From: Acidobacteriota bacterium
GTDB lineage: Bacteria; Acidobacteriota; UBA890; WLXD01
Direction of reading: 5' to 3'
Length of the DNA: 64,000 bases
NCBI GenBank assembly: GCA_965205505.1
Contig: CBDBHB010000006.1
Coordinates: 460,175 to 524,174 of the forward strand
In this document: positions 17,007 to 27,833 of the stretch, one piece after another
Position numbering within the stretch: the stretch's first letter is position 1
Layout: each line of letters opens with the position of its first letter
The notes under the pieces: model-generated
Seen by the model: the letters and a program-made list of their open reading frames with translations, nothing else
Told to the model about the DNA's origin: nothing
The model's database searches: none
Translations under genes and position numbers: made by a program

Positions 17007-19058
17007 TCACACCAGAAGCGGCGCGATGACGAGCGATACGACAGACATCAACTTTATCAAGATGTTCATGGACGGGCCACTCGTGTCCTTGAACGGATCG
17101 CCGACGGTATCACCGACGACGGCCGCCTTGTGGGCATCGGAGCCCTTGCCGCCGTGGTGGCCCTCCTCGATGTACTTCTTGGCGTTGTCCCACGCGCCGC
17201 CGCCGTTGGACATCATCAGCGCCAACAACACACCGACGACGGTCGCGCCCGCCAGCATTCCGCCGAGCGCCTCCGGGCCGAGGCCGAAGCCGACAACCAC
17301 GGGCGCAATCACTGCGAGTAGCCCTGGCAGCACCATTTGCCTGAGCGCCGCATCCGCGGCGATCGACACACAGCGGGCCGGGTCCGGTTTCCCGGTGCCC
17401 TCCATGATCCCGGGAATCTCGCGGAACTGACGGCGAATCTCCTCCACCAGCTCACCGGCCGCTCGGCCGACGGCGGTCATCGTCAGGCCCGCTGCCAGAT
17501 AGGGCACCACACCGCCGATCAGCATCCCGACGACCACGTGGGGGTTAGTGAGCAGGATGACAAGCCCGCCCGGCTCACCAGCCTGGCGCATGGCATCGGA
17601 CACCGACTGTGCATAGGCGGCGAACAAGGCCAGGGCGGTGAGCGCCGCCGACCCGATGGCGAACCCCTTGCCGATTGCGGCGGTGGTATTGCCCACGGAG
17701 TCGAGACTGTCGGTGATCTTGCGCACCTCCGGCCCCAGACCCGCCATTTCGGAGATGCCTCCGGCATTGTCCGCGACGGGTCCGTAGGCATCGACGCTCA
17801 TGGTGATACCTACCGTCGCCAACATGCCCACCGCAGCGATACCGATTCCGTACAGACCCGCAGACTCGAATGCGAAGTAGATCGCAGCGCAGATAGCCAG
17901 CACTGGCAGCGCCGTCGATTCGAAACCCACCGCCAGGCCGTTGATGATGTTGGTGGCCGCGCCGGTCTCCGACGACGCCGCAATTCGGCGCACCGGGGCC
18001 GCCGACGTGTAGTACTCGGTGATGAAAGAGATCAACAGCCCTACCCCCGCTCCCCAGAAGATCGCCGACCAGATGCCGTTGGCCACCGGGATAGCATCGA
18101 TATAGAGGTAAGCGATACCGACGAACAGCGCGGCGGCGATGATCGTCGCCCAGCGCAGCGCGGCTGCCGCGTCGAAACGCTTCAGGATCGCCATCGACGC
18201 GATCCCCAGCAGGGAGCAGATGAGGCCCAGGAACGCGAGCATCAGCGGCAGGCTCATCAACCAGCTCTTGACCTGCGCCGCCTCGATCATCGGGTCGGCG
18301 GCCATGGCGATCAGTTCCTCGCCGAAAAGCGTCGCGCCGATGGCGATAGTGGCGATAATCGAACCCACGTACGATTCGAAAATGTCAGCACCCATTCCGG
18401 CGACATCGCCAACGTTGTCGCCGACATTGTCGGCGATCACACCGGGATTGCGTGGGTCATCCTCGGGTATACCAGCTTCGACCTTGCCCACCAGGTCCGC
18501 ACCAACGTCGGCGGCCTTCGTGTAGATTCCGCCGCCGACACGGGCGAACAGCGCGATGGAGGAGGCTCCCATCGCGAACCCGTTGATCACATGGGCAGTG
18601 TCGGGGCTGCCATACCAGAGATACCAAACGCCGACGCCGATTAGCCCGAGACTGGCGACCGACAACCCCATGACCGAGCCGCCCAGAAACGCCACCATCA
18701 GCGCGGCATCGCGGCCCTCGTTCTTCGCCGCCGCTGCGGTACGCACGTTGGCCATGGTTGCCGACGTCATGCCGGCGAAACCGGCAGCGATCGAACAGGC
18801 CGCACCGGTAATAAACGCGGCGGAGGTCGGGGTCGACACGAAGTAGCCGAGCAAGACAGCAACGATGGCAATGAAAATAGCCAGCAGGGTGTATTCGCGG
18901 CGCAAGAACACCATCGCGCCGTCGTGGACCTGGGCGGCGATCTCGGCCATCTGATCGGTGCCGACATCGCGACGTCGAATGACCATGAGAATGACCAAGG
19001 CGATTACCAGGCCAATTCCGCCCAGTACGGGAACCGCCTCGATGGGGATGTTGCTCAT
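17007..19058 (-). CDS. hppA: Membrane-bound pyrophosphatase (K+-dependent, probably Na+-translocating)
   Basis: [54 protein letters not shown] and [15 protein letters not shown] motifs. Confidence 0.96.
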   Translation of the reverse strand: MSNIPIEAVPVLGGIGLVIALVILMVIRRRDVGTDQMAEIAAQVHDGAMVFLRREYTLLAIFIAIVAVLLGYFVSTPTSAAFITGAACSIAAGFAGMTSATMANVRTAAAAKNEGRDAALMVAFLGGSVMGLSVASLGLIGVGVWYLWYGSPDTAHVINGFAMGASSIALFARVGGGIYTKAADVGADLVGKVEAGIPEDDPRNPGVIADNVGDNVGDVAGMGADIFESYVGSIIATIAIGATLFGEELIAMAADPMIEAAQVKSWLMSLPLMLAFLGLICSLLGIASMAILKRFDAAAALRWATIIAAALFVGIAYLYIDAIPVANGIWSAIFWGAGVGLLISFITEYYTSAAPVRRIAASSETGAATNIINGLAVGFESTALPVLAICAAIYFAFESAGLYGIGIAAVGMLATVGITMSVDAYGPVADNAGGISEMAGLGPEVRKITDSLDSVGNTTAAIGKGFAIGSAALTALALFAAYAQSVSDAMRQAGEPGGLVILLTNPHVVVGMLIGGVVPYLAAGLTMTAVGRAAGELVEEIRRQFREIPGIMEGTGKPDPARCVSIAADAALRQMVLPGLLAVIAPVVVGFGLGPEALGGMLAGATVVGVLLALMMSNGGGAWDNAKKYIEEGHHGGKGSDAHKAAVVGDTVGDPFKDTSGPSMNILIKLMSVVSLVIAPLLV

Positions 19059-19071
19059 GCTCTTACTCCAG

Positions 19072-19674
19072 TTAATCGGGAGTCTCTTGCGGATTCGTTG
19101 TCTCGGTTTTCGGTCGCTGATTGTACGTGTTCATCGCGGCGCTCAGACCCCGCCGGAGGATCATCCGCACCGCCGCGACGGCACGGTCGAGCATCTCGTT
19201 GAGCGCCGCCAGCTCGGTCTCGTCGAACGCCTCGAGAACGTATCCGGCAGTGTCGCGTCCGCGACCTTGGCCCCGCACGCCGAGCCGGAGTCGTGGTACT
19301 TGCTGCGTCCCGAGCTCCTCAAGCACGGATTTCAGACCACGGTGACCGGCGTCGCCACCCGCGGGTCGGAGACGAAGCACGCCCAAAGGCAAATCGATTT
19401 CGTCGTACGCCACGAGTAGGTCGCCGGGATCGATAGACAAGCTCCGACAAGCGTAGGAGACTCCCACGCCGCTGTTGTTCATGAACGACAGCGGACGCAT
19501 CAGCCAGAGCGCTGCCGGTCCCAGCTTGACACGCTCGAGTTGCACCGATTCTTTCTGTCGTGTCTCGATGACCTTGCCGGCGGCACGCAGACGGTCAAGG
19601 AGCATCCAGCCAGCGTTGTGACGCGTGGAGACATACTCGCTCCGGGGGTTTCCGAGCCCGGCTAGAGCGCGCAT
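19072..19674 (-). CDS. pth: Peptidyl-tRNA hydrolase
   Basis: [26 protein letters not shown] and RLRLGV motifs. Confidence 0.95.
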   Translation of the reverse strand: MRALAGLGNPRSEYVSTRHNAGWMLLDRLRAAGKVIETRQKESVQLERVKLGPAALWLMRPLSFMNNSGVGVSYACRSLSIDPGDLLVAYDEIDLPLGVLRLRPAGGDAGHRGLKSVLEELGTQQVPRLRLGVRGQGRGRDTAGYVLEAFDETELAALNEMLDRAVAAVRMILRRGLSAAMNTYNQRPKTETTNPQETPD

Positions 19675-19683
19675 TCGGCGAGT

Positions 19684-20355
19684 CTACTCGTCGTTCTCGG
19701 ATTCCTCCTCGTCCTCGTGGCCAATGAGCTCTGGCTCTTCTAGGGTCGCAAGCAAATCCTCGTCTTCCTCTACAACCTCATCCTCAATCGCGACCGTCGG
19801 CGGGGCAATGGTTAGCACCGTCTGATCCAGATCCACGAGCAACTCGACGTTGTCGGGCACCTCTAGATCAGACACCTGTGCCACGTCGCCGATGTTGAGC
19901 TCGGTCACGTCGACCCGGAGACTGTCGGGAATATCGGTCGGCAGGCACTTGACGTGCACCTCTCGGAGGATCATGTCGAGGATGCCTCGATCAACCTTGA
20001 CTCCGAACGCCTCGCCGACAACCTCGACTGGAACATTCACCTCGATCTCGATCGCCAGGTCGATGCGACGAAAGTCGACGTGCTGAAGCTTGCGAGAGAT
20101 CGGGTCCACCTGGTAGTCGTGGATCAGGGCCGTCTGCTCGGCTCCGTCTCCGACTCTCAAGCTGAGAATCGAGTTCTGACCGTGCTCGGATCGCAGAATC
20201 TCGATCAGCGTCCGCGGGTCCACGGCGATCGAACGCGTGTCGCGACCTCCGCCGTACAGCACAGCGGGGACCTTGCCGGCACGGCGCAACTGCTTCGCCT
20301 TGTTGCTCGAACCGGGCACGCGAAGCACGACCTCGAGCAGTTGTGTATCTGCCAT
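19684..20355 (-). CDS. rplY: 50S ribosomal protein L25/Ctc
   Basis: LRRAGKVPAVLYG, QVDPISRKLQHVDF and IPDSLRVDVTELNIGD motifs. Confidence 0.95.
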   Translation of the reverse strand: MADTQLLEVVLRVPGSSNKAKQLRRAGKVPAVLYGGGRDTRSIAVDPRTLIEILRSEHGQNSILSLRVGDGAEQTALIHDYQVDPISRKLQHVDFRRIDLAIEIEVNVPVEVVGEAFGVKVDRGILDMILREVHVKCLPTDIPDSLRVDVTELNIGDVAQVSDLEVPDNVELLVDLDQTVLTIAPPTVAIEDEVVEEDEDLLATLEEPELIGHEDEEESENDE

Positions 20356-20389
20356 CGTTGTTACCCCTCGGAGTGAGCAGCCGTCGAGA

Positions 20390-21337
20390 TCAGATAAACA
20401 GCCTCGAGATGCTGGTTTCCTCGTAGATGCTGCGTATCGCTTCACCGAACAACCCTGCGACCGAGAGCACCTCGATCTTGTCGCAGGCGGCGGCTTCGGG
20501 CGGCAACGGGATCGTATCCGTCACAAAGACTCGTTTCAGCGGGCTGGCCTCGATGCGCTCGATAGCCGGTGAGGAGAGTACCGCGTGAGTGGCAAACGCG
20601 TAGACCTCGCGTGCTCCCTCGTCGAGCACCGCCGTGGCTCCGGTGGTCAGGGTACCGGCGGTGTCGACCATGTCGTCGTAAAAGCAGCACACCGCGTCGC
20701 GGACGTCGCCTACGACGGTCATTTCCTCGACCTTGTTGGCGACACGGCGACGCTTGTCGATCACGGCCAATCCAGCCTCGAGCCGCTTGGCGATGGCACG
20801 AGCGCGCTCCACACCGCCGGCGTCAGGCGAGACCATGACCAGATCGCGGTCGATGGCACCGATCCGGCGCACCGCGATTGGCGCTGCAAAGAGGTGGTCG
20901 AGCGGGATGTTGAAGTAGCCCTGGATCTGACCCGCGTGCAGATCCATCGCCAGCACCCGCGAGGTTCCAGCAGTGGTCAGCAAGTCAGCGACGAGCTTGG
21001 CCGAGATGGGCACCCGTGGGCTGTCTTTCTTGTCCTGCCGGGCGTATCCGAAGTACGGGATCACAGCCGTGATGTGATGAGCCGAAGCGCGCTTGGCTGC
21101 GTCGATCATCACCAGCAACTCCATGAGGCTATCGTTCACCGGCCGGCACGTTGACTGGACGAGGAACACCTCGACGCCGCGCACGTTCTCTCCGAACTGG
21201 CAGCGCACCTCGCCGTCGGCGAACAGCCCGATGTCGATGGCGCTCAAGGACAAACCCATCGATCCCGCGATGGCCTCCGCCAACGCCGGGCAGGCATTGC
21301 CCGCGAAGATCTTTAGCTTGCGGTCGGTATTGGACAT
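20390..21337 (-). CDS. prs: Ribose-phosphate pyrophosphokinase
   Basis: FADGE, PYFGYARQDKK, DLHAGQIQGYF, VSPDAGGVERA and DDMVDTAGT motifs. Confidence 0.97.
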   Translation of the reverse strand: MSNTDRKLKIFAGNACPALAEAIAGSMGLSLSAIDIGLFADGEVRCQFGENVRGVEVFLVQSTCRPVNDSLMELLVMIDAAKRASAHHITAVIPYFGYARQDKKDSPRVPISAKLVADLLTTAGTSRVLAMDLHAGQIQGYFNIPLDHLFAAPIAVRRIGAIDRDLVMVSPDAGGVERARAIAKRLEAGLAVIDKRRRVANKVEEMTVVGDVRDAVCCFYDDMVDTAGTLTTGATAVLDEGAREVYAFATHAVLSSPAIERIEASPLKRVFVTDTIPLPPEAAACDKIEVLSVAGLFGEAIRSIYEETSISRLFI

Positions 21338-21416
21338 CGAGCCGTGCGGCTGAGGTGCGGTTTGTGATCCGAATATCGGAGCAATGCTCGCCCTCGATGG
21401 ACTAGCAGGCCTAAAG

Positions 21417-21490
21417 CTGGGGCGGCAGGATTCGAACCTGCGAATGCCGGATCCAAAGACCGGTGCCTTGCCTGACTTGGCGACGCCCCA
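21417..21490 (-). tRNA. tRNA-Gln (anticodon TTG); CCA not encoded
   Basis: Minus strand TGGGGCG...GCCAAGTCAGGCAAGGC...CCGGT-CTTTGGA-TCCGG...GCAGGTTCGAATCCTGC-CGCCCCA-G; usual position upstream of prs. Confidence 0.96.
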
Positions 21491-21574
21491 AAACCAACTG
21501 CCTGTGGACGCAGAAGTCCCGAGCAGCGTCTCCGGGACGCGACCCCGACGAGGGCTGCATTTCAGACACGCACT

Positions 21575-21604
21575 ATTATAAGCGCCCCACTTTTTAGGCA
21601 TCAA
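21575..21604 (-). promoter_or_regulatory. Sigma70-type promoter for the tRNA-Gln/prs operon
   Basis: TTGATG, 18-nt spacer, TATAAT on the minus strand, about 85 nt upstream of the tRNA. Confidence 0.65.
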
Positions 21605-21661
21605 ACTACGCCGGGGGCGCATTCGCGTCAGCTCGGCCGACGCCGGGGGGTGCGCTGCGAT

Positions 21662-22519
21662 CTACTGCCCTTCAGGTACCTCGCGCCTGAACAGACCGCC
21701 TTCGCGACCCAGGTCGGAGATCGGTAGCTGCAATACTCCTACCGGGACTTCGAGCTCGAAATGCGCCGGCGGGAACTCGACGTTGGTCGACGGCTCACCC
21801 AGCAGCTGCATCGTGATCCCGTACCCAGCGGGTTCGACGCGCAGCTGCAGGCTCGAGGGAACCAGGACCGTCTGACCGTCGACCTCGGCGGCAGTCGGAT
21901 CGAGCGCCTCGAGCGCTACCGTGTTGTCGGCGCGTCGATGCTCAATACGATCGAACCACAGCGTAGGTGGCAACAGCCACGCGCTGGCCTCCTCGCCGTA
22001 ATCGATCCGCACCCGCCGAGCCCTCTCGTCCCAGCTCGGCCGACCGGGTGGATGGCTGGCCGGATCGATCCCGTATCCCAGCAGGGCCGCCACGACGTCT
22101 CCGGCTGACAGCCCGAAGCCAATCGCTTGCTCGAAGGACGTACGCGTCGCCGGTCCACGATAGAGGAGTTGCTCCTCGCGCAGAAACAGACCGACTTCGG
22201 CTGTGTTGGCGCGTAGATAGGCTTGAATGCCGCCGGTCGGGTCGAGTACCAGGATATCGACGTCCGCTGGCCGGCGAACCGACACGAAAGTGTCGACCGA
22301 CCGCCGTCCGATCCCCCGCGAAAAACGCATCGTGTACGACGCCACGAGACTCTCGAGCGGTGCCGTCAGCTGCAGCGCCGGCTCCAGGAAGCTGCCGGGG
22401 CTCTGGCGCGCTCGTTCAACGAGCTCCGGTTGACCGCGAATCCAGCTGTTGCCGGCGCAACCGATCACCAACAGACCGAGCGTCAATGCAGCGGCTGATC
22501 GGCCTGTCACACGCCCCAC
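21662..22519 (-). CDS. Lipoprotein, possibly LolB/LolA-fold
   Basis: Lipobox LVIG-C; beta-rich body ending PAHFELEVPVGV; occupies the lolB-like position upstream of tRNA-Gln-prs. The fold assignment is inference. Confidence 0.6.
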   Translation of the reverse strand: MGRVTGRSAAALTLGLLVIGCAGNSWIRGQPELVERARQSPGSFLEPALQLTAPLESLVASYTMRFSRGIGRRSVDTFVSVRRPADVDILVLDPTGGIQAYLRANTAEVGLFLREEQLLYRGPATRTSFEQAIGFGLSAGDVVAALLGYGIDPASHPPGRPSWDERARRVRIDYGEEASAWLLPPTLWFDRIEHRRADNTVALEALDPTAAEVDGQTVLVPSSLQLRVEPAGYGITMQLLGEPSTNVEFPPAHFELEVPVGVLQLPISDLGREGGLFRREVPEGQ

Positions 22520-23761
22520 CTAATCCGTCCAGCCGCCGCTCGAGACACGCGTCATTCGCCAAATCACGCGGCGCTCGCCGCCCTCCGTGGCATCGGGGTT
22601 GACGAACTCCCACACGATGTCACCTCCCTCGGTTACCTCGAACACAAGGCCCGCATCCGATTCCGTGATCAGCGTGTTGCCGTTCGGCAAGCGCTGAACA
22701 CTCCCGCGCAATGGCGTATGGAACTCCTCGGACTCATAGCTCCAGCCGATCTCGTTGGATCGCGGATCGACCTCCAGCACACGCGAGCGCGACACCCCAT
22801 TGTCGAACACCAGTAGCCGCCCATTGGGCAAGAGGGTTGGATGATGTTGCCCGTAGAGATTCGACGGACCCCAGATCCAGAGGACATCCTGGGTTGCGCC
22901 ATCGAGGATCATGATGGCGTTCAGGTGGCGCATCGAGAGAAGAATGTTGCCAGCACCGAACAGCGGCGAAACTGAGGCGAGCGATCCATCGAACACTGAC
23001 ACGTGGTTCGTATGCAAGGTATCCAACGGACCGTCGGCGGCGACGAACTGGCGACGCGCGACGCTGGCCAGCAGGAAACCGTAGGACGAGGAGCGCACAA
23101 CGTCGAGCAATGAAAGCTCCTCGCGCACCTCGCCCGTCTCCAGCGACAGCACGGTCAGCGTGTCCTCGAGGATTTGCTGAGTCGGATGCACTTCGGGAAT
23201 CGATCTCTCTCGTCTCGAAAGTGCCCAAAGGTCGTCGCCGTGAATCGCGACATCATGATGAGCCCGCACGTCGGCGATCCAGCGCGGGCGGGATTCGGAA
23301 TCGAGGCGCACGACCTGTTTGTCGAACCTCACCAAGAGCAGTCCGGCGTCCGGCAGTAGCTCGGCGTGCGCGATCAGCGCCCCGGGGTCTGACCAGCGCC
23401 GCACCTCGCGTCCTTCCATGTCGACTAGCAGAAACGGTGCTTGAAAGGCCGAGTGATAGAAATTCAGACCCTGCCAGGCGCGCTGCGCGTCGTGGACCTG
23501 GACGCCGCGGCGATCGGAGTCCGGATCGAAGTTCGCGCCGACATAGGCGAGCGCTCGCAGGTCCCGCAGCGGGCGCCCCCGTGGGCGGATCCAGCTGTAG
23601 GGCTTGCTATCGGTGTCGGCCAGAAACCACGAGATGATGGAGTAGGGGAAAATCGCGCCGCGATGGCTCTGATAGCCCCACAGAAAGCTCGCGCCGAGCG
23701 CCAAGAGGGCCAGGGGTACAGCCAGCATCGGGCGCGGCAGGGTACGTCGCGACGGTGTCAT
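22520..23761 (-). CDS. Arylsulfotransferase (ASST)-family beta-propeller protein
   Basis: AHHD, DTLHTN, LLSMRHLN, QHHPT, LVFDNG and SVQRLPNGNTLITES motifs; N-terminal TM/signal. Confidence 0.85.
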   Translation of the reverse strand: MTPSRRTLPRPMLAVPLALLALGASFLWGYQSHRGAIFPYSIISWFLADTDSKPYSWIRPRGRPLRDLRALAYVGANFDPDSDRRGVQVHDAQRAWQGLNFYHSAFQAPFLLVDMEGREVRRWSDPGALIAHAELLPDAGLLLVRFDKQVVRLDSESRPRWIADVRAHHDVAIHGDDLWALSRRERSIPEVHPTQQILEDTLTVLSLETGEVREELSLLDVVRSSSYGFLLASVARRQFVAADGPLDTLHTNHVSVFDGSLASVSPLFGAGNILLSMRHLNAIMILDGATQDVLWIWGPSNLYGQHHPTLLPNGRLLVFDNGVSRSRVLEVDPRSNEIGWSYESEEFHTPLRGSVQRLPNGNTLITESDAGLVFEVTEGGDIVWEFVNPDATEGGERRVIWRMTRVSSGGWTD

Positions 23762-23961
23762 CCCCACCTTCCCCTCAGGGCGAGCCCACGAGACCGAGAC
23801 GTGGTCGCCTGATGCCCCCGCCAGTATCGCCCCTGTTCGATCGATTATACGCCCGCTTGCACGGCCCCCGCCCGTGTCAGCGCGCTCATCGCTGGGGCCT
23901 ATAATGGCCGTCTTCGAGCCCAGCCCGACACCATCTCTGCCGCAGAACCCGGAGCTCCGGA

Positions 23962-25254
23962 ATGGTCGACTCTTCGTTTTCGGCGCCACACACCGGCGCG
24001 CGTCTGGCTCGAAGTCTTGTTGAAGTCGACCCCGAGGTCGCGAGCGTCATTCGCAAGGAAACCGAGAAACAATCGCGCAAATTGGTCATGATCGCCAGCG
24101 AGAACTACAGCTCCGAGGCGGTATTGGAGGCGTGTGCCTCGGTGATGTCGAACAAGTACTCCGAGGGCTATCCAGGCCACCGATACTACGGCGGTTGCGA
24201 GTTCGTCGACATGACGGAAACGCTCGCGATCGAGCGTGCGCAACAACTGTTTGGCGCCGAGCACGCCAATGTTCAGCCGCACAGCGGTACACAAGCGAAC
24301 ATGGCCGTGTACTACGCGGCGCTGCAGCCAGGCGACACGCTGATGGGCATGGGGTTGTCGGAAGGCGGGCATCTGTCGCACGGCCATCGGATGTCGTTCT
24401 CAGGCCAGCTGTACAACGTCGTCACTTATGGCGTCGACGAGGAAACGGAACTGCTCGACTACGACGCCATGGCGGTGATCGCCCGAGAGCATCGACCCAA
24501 GCTCATCGTCGTCGGGTTCTCGGCCTACCCGCGCCACATCGACTTCGCCCGTTGCCGGGAGATCGCCGACGATGTCGGCGCCGTACTACACGCCGACATC
24601 GCGCACCCGGCCGGGCTGGTGGCAGCGGGACTGCACCCCGATCCCTGCCCGCACGCCGACTTCGTCAGCTCGACAACCCACAAGACGTTGCGTGGACCGC
24701 GTGGCGGCATCGTGCTGTGCCGCGAGAAGCACGCTGCTCGGCTCGACCAGGCAGTGTTTCCTGGCCTCCAAGGCGGGCCCTTTCAGCATCTGATCGCCGC
24801 CAAGGCAGTCTGCCTGGGGGAGGCTCTGGACGAGAGCTTCGGCGCGTATGCAGCGCAGATCATCGCCAATGCCAAGGCCCTCGCCGCGGAGTTCAGCAAC
24901 GCGGGTTTCCACTGTGTGTCGGGCGGCACCGATACGCATCTTGTTCTCATCGACGTCGGCCAACAGGGTGTCACCGGGAAGGAAGCCGAGGCTTGGCTCG
25001 ACCAGGCGGGTATCGTGGTCAACAAGAACACGATTCCGTTCGACCAGCGCTCGCCGTTCGTCACCTCGGGCTTGCGCATCGGCACGCCGGCCACCACCAC
25101 GCGGGGCCTCACGGAGGAGCACATGCGTCAGATCGTCGGTTGGATGGCGCGGGTGCTCGAGTCGCGCGGCAACCCGGACGTCATCATCGACGTCGCCGCG
25201 CAGGTGGCCGAGCTCACGGACGCCTATCCGATCTACGACTGGCGCCTGCAGTAA
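23962..25254 (+). CDS. glyA: Serine hydroxymethyltransferase
   Basis: IASENY, NKYSEGYPGHRYYGG, NVQPHSG, GGHLSHG and STTHKTLRGPRGG motifs. Confidence 0.97.
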   Translation: MVDSSFSAPHTGARLARSLVEVDPEVASVIRKETEKQSRKLVMIASENYSSEAVLEACASVMSNKYSEGYPGHRYYGGCEFVDMTETLAIERAQQLFGAEHANVQPHSGTQANMAVYYAALQPGDTLMGMGLSEGGHLSHGHRMSFSGQLYNVVTYGVDEETELLDYDAMAVIAREHRPKLIVVGFSAYPRHIDFARCREIADDVGAVLHADIAHPAGLVAAGLHPDPCPHADFVSSTTHKTLRGPRGGIVLCREKHAARLDQAVFPGLQGGPFQHLIAAKAVCLGEALDESFGAYAAQIIANAKALAAEFSNAGFHCVSGGTDTHLVLIDVGQQGVTGKEAEAWLDQAGIVVNKNTIPFDQRSPFVTSGLRIGTPATTTRGLTEEHMRQIVGWMARVLESRGNPDVIIDVAAQVAELTDAYPIYDWRLQ

Positions 25255-25297
25255 GCGAAGCACCGGGCGCGCCGACCGAGCCTGCCGCACCGTGACC

Positions 25298-25324
25298 GCC
25301 AGCCAACGACAGCCAGCCAACGAC
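25298..25324 (+). repeat. 13-bp direct repeat GCCAGCCAACGAC x2 (14-bp period)
   Basis: Copies at 25298-25310 and 25312-25324 in the glyA-transaldolase spacer. Confidence 0.6.
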
Positions 25325-25427
25325 CACCAGAGTTGGTGCGTGACCTGCTAAACTAGCCGCGCTGCGGCCGTCGATTCGGGGACATGGGGCTTTCGGCGGC
25401 GCCACGAATCTCTCGGGAGGCCATCCG

Positions 25428-26111
25428 ATGAAGATCTTCCTCGACACCGCGAATATCGACGAGATCCGGGCGGCCGGAGAAACCGGCGTGCTCGATGGAG
25501 TGACCACCAACCCGTCACTCGTGGCGAAAGAAGGGCGCCCGTTTGCGGACGTGATCGCCGAGATCTGCGAGATCGTGGACGGCCCAATCAGTGCCGAGGT
25601 GCTGTCGACCGACTACGACGGCATGGTCGACGAGGCTCGTCGCCTGGCGCCGATGCACGACAACATCGTGGTCAAGATCCCGCTGCTTCGAGAGGGCATC
25701 CGCGCCGTGGCGACCCTCTCCCAAGAGGGCATCCGCACGAATGTGACGCTCTGTTTCTCGCCCCTGCAAGCACTCCTCGCTGCGAAGGCAGGCGCAACGA
25801 TCATCTCGCCCTTCGCGGGCCGCCTCGACGACATCGGGCACGATGGAATGGAGATGGTCCAGCAGATCGTCCAGATGTACGAGAACTACGGCTACGCCAC
25901 GGAGGTGCTGGTGGGCTCCATACGCAGCCCGAAGCATGTTCTCGACGCCGCGCTCATGGGCGCCGACATCGTCACGATACCGACCAAGGTATTCGACTCG
26001 ATGTTCAAGCACCCACTCACCGACAAGGGGCTCGCCGCCTTCCTCGCCGACTGGGAAGGGGCGCGAGAGCTCGTGGCCGAACTGGCGCTCCCGGCCGGCG
26101 CCGAGGGCTGA
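25428..26111 (+). CDS. tal: Transaldolase (short Tal/FSA family)
   Basis: [24 protein letters not shown] and TNVTLCFS motifs. The Glu and Phe at these positions favour transaldolase over FSA. Confidence 0.88.
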   Translation: MKIFLDTANIDEIRAAGETGVLDGVTTNPSLVAKEGRPFADVIAEICEIVDGPISAEVLSTDYDGMVDEARRLAPMHDNIVVKIPLLREGIRAVATLSQEGIRTNVTLCFSPLQALLAAKAGATIISPFAGRLDDIGHDGMEMVQQIVQMYENYGYATEVLVGSIRSPKHVLDAALMGADIVTIPTKVFDSMFKHPLTDKGLAAFLADWEGARELVAELALPAGAEG

Positions 26112-26131
26112 CCGCCCGCGGATCGAACGCC

Positions 26132-27682
26132 GTGTCGTACGACGACCCAGCAGCCGAGCTCGAACGTCGCCGGCAGAACGCGCGTGCCGGCGGTGGTGAA
26201 ACTCGCCTGGAGCGCCAGCACAACGCCGGCAAGCTGAGCGCGCGCGAGCGGCTGGACTACCTGCTCGATTCAGAGTCGTTTCAGGAGCTCGACGTACACG
26301 TTCGACACCAATGTAGCGACTTTGGCATCGAGGAGCGACGAATCGAAGGCGACGGCGTGGTGTCGGGCTTCGGACAAATCGATGGCCGGCTCGTGTACGT
26401 GTTCGCACAGGACTTCACGGTCTTCGGCGGCTCGGTTTCGGAGAGCAACGCCTGGAAGATCTGCAAGGTAATGGACTTGGCGATGAAGACCGGGGCACCG
26501 GTCATCGGCCTCAACGACTCCGGCGGGGCCCGGATTCAGGAGGGCGTCGCGTCGTTGGCCGGTTACTCGGAGATCTTTCTTCGCAATACGCTGGCCTCCG
26601 GGGTAATTCCGCAGATTTCGGCAATCATGGGCCCGTGTGCCGGCGGTGCCGTCTACTCACCGGCGATCACCGATTTCGTCGCCATGGTCGAGGGGAGCTC
26701 GTACATGTTTCTGACCGGCCCCGACGTCATCAAGACGGTGATGCACGAGGACGTCTCAGCGCAGGACCTGGGCGGCGCAGCAGTTCATAGTGCGCGCAGC
26801 GGCGTGGCGCACTTCTCGTCGGCCAACGATCAAGACTGCCTGGCGCTGATCCGCGAGCTGCTCTCGTACTTGCCGAGCAACAACCGAGAAGACGCGCCAC
26901 GATTGGATCCGACGGATGATCCGCGACGCGCGGATGTCGAGCTCGACGAGCTCGTGCCCGTCGACCCGAACCGCCCATACGACATCGTCGACCTGATCAG
27001 CCGCGTCGTTGACCACGGCAACTTCCTGCAGGTACACGAGGCCTACGCCCGTAACCTGGTCACCGGGTTCGCTCGATTACACGGCATGCCCGTGGGCATC
27101 GTCGCCAACCAGCCAGACCACCTGGCCGGCACGCTGGACATCGACGCGTCGGTCAAGGGCGCGCGGTTCGTGCGCTTCTGCGATGCCTTCAACATCCCGC
27201 TGGTGGTGTTCGAAGACGTGCCGGGCTTTCTGCCGGGCACAGAGCAGGAATTCGCCGGCATAATCAAGCACGGTGCCAAGCTGCTCTACGCTTTCGCCGA
27301 AGCCACGGTTCCGAAGCTGACCGTGATCACCCGGAAGGCCTACGGCGGTGCCTACTGCGTGATGGCTTCGAAGCACATCCGCACCGACGTGAATTTCGCC
27401 TACCCGGCGGCAGAGATCGCAGTGATGGGTTCGGAAGGCGCGGTAAACGTGTTGTTCCGCCGCGAGCTCGCGGCCGCCGAGGATGCGGAGGCGCTACGGG
27501 CAACCAAGGTGAAGGAGTTTCGCGACAAGTTTGCCAATCCCTACGTAGCCGCCGAGCGCGGTTGGATCGATGAGGTGATTCACCCTCGCGATACTCGGCC
27601 GAGGCTCATTCGTGCACTTCTGGCGCTCGATACCAAGGCCGACAGCAACCCTCCCAAGAAGCACGGCAACATACCGCTCTAG
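26132..27682 (+). CDS. pccB: Acyl-CoA (propionyl-CoA) carboxylase, carboxyltransferase subunit
   Basis: QDFTVFGGS, DSGGARIQEG, GPCAGGAVYSPA, DVPGFLPG, RKAYGGAY and KKHGNIPL motifs. Confidence 0.93.
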   Translation: MSYDDPAAELERRRQNARAGGGETRLERQHNAGKLSARERLDYLLDSESFQELDVHVRHQCSDFGIEERRIEGDGVVSGFGQIDGRLVYVFAQDFTVFGGSVSESNAWKICKVMDLAMKTGAPVIGLNDSGGARIQEGVASLAGYSEIFLRNTLASGVIPQISAIMGPCAGGAVYSPAITDFVAMVEGSSYMFLTGPDVIKTVMHEDVSAQDLGGAAVHSARSGVAHFSSANDQDCLALIRELLSYLPSNNREDAPRLDPTDDPRRADVELDELVPVDPNRPYDIVDLISRVVDHGNFLQVHEAYARNLVTGFARLHGMPVGIVANQPDHLAGTLDIDASVKGARFVRFCDAFNIPLVVFEDVPGFLPGTEQEFAGIIKHGAKLLYAFAEATVPKLTVITRKAYGGAYCVMASKHIRTDVNFAYPAAEIAVMGSEGAVNVLFRRELAAAEDAEALRATKVKEFRDKFANPYVAAERGWIDEVIHPRDTRPRLIRALLALDTKADSNPPKKHGNIPL

Positions 27683-27833
27683 ACCACTAGCAGGACGGGG
27701 GCGCTCAAAAAACCTCGACGAAACACGCCGGCCGGGGCTCTTACCGTGCAGAGAACGCGTTGTGCCCGGGCGCGGGAAGCGTTCGGTGGGCCTGCGCTCG
27801 GGTGCACGCGCGCTCCGCACGGGAGGCAGTACG

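Noticed and set aside
21340-21490. Integrative element at tRNA-Gln
   Set aside because: No integrase and no duplicated tRNA 3' end; prs follows directly. Only a 10-bp CTAGCAGGCC stub is present.
23762-23961. ZTP or glycine riboswitch upstream of glyA
   Set aside because: No recognisable consensus; only a TATAAT at 23900-23905 without a convincing -35.
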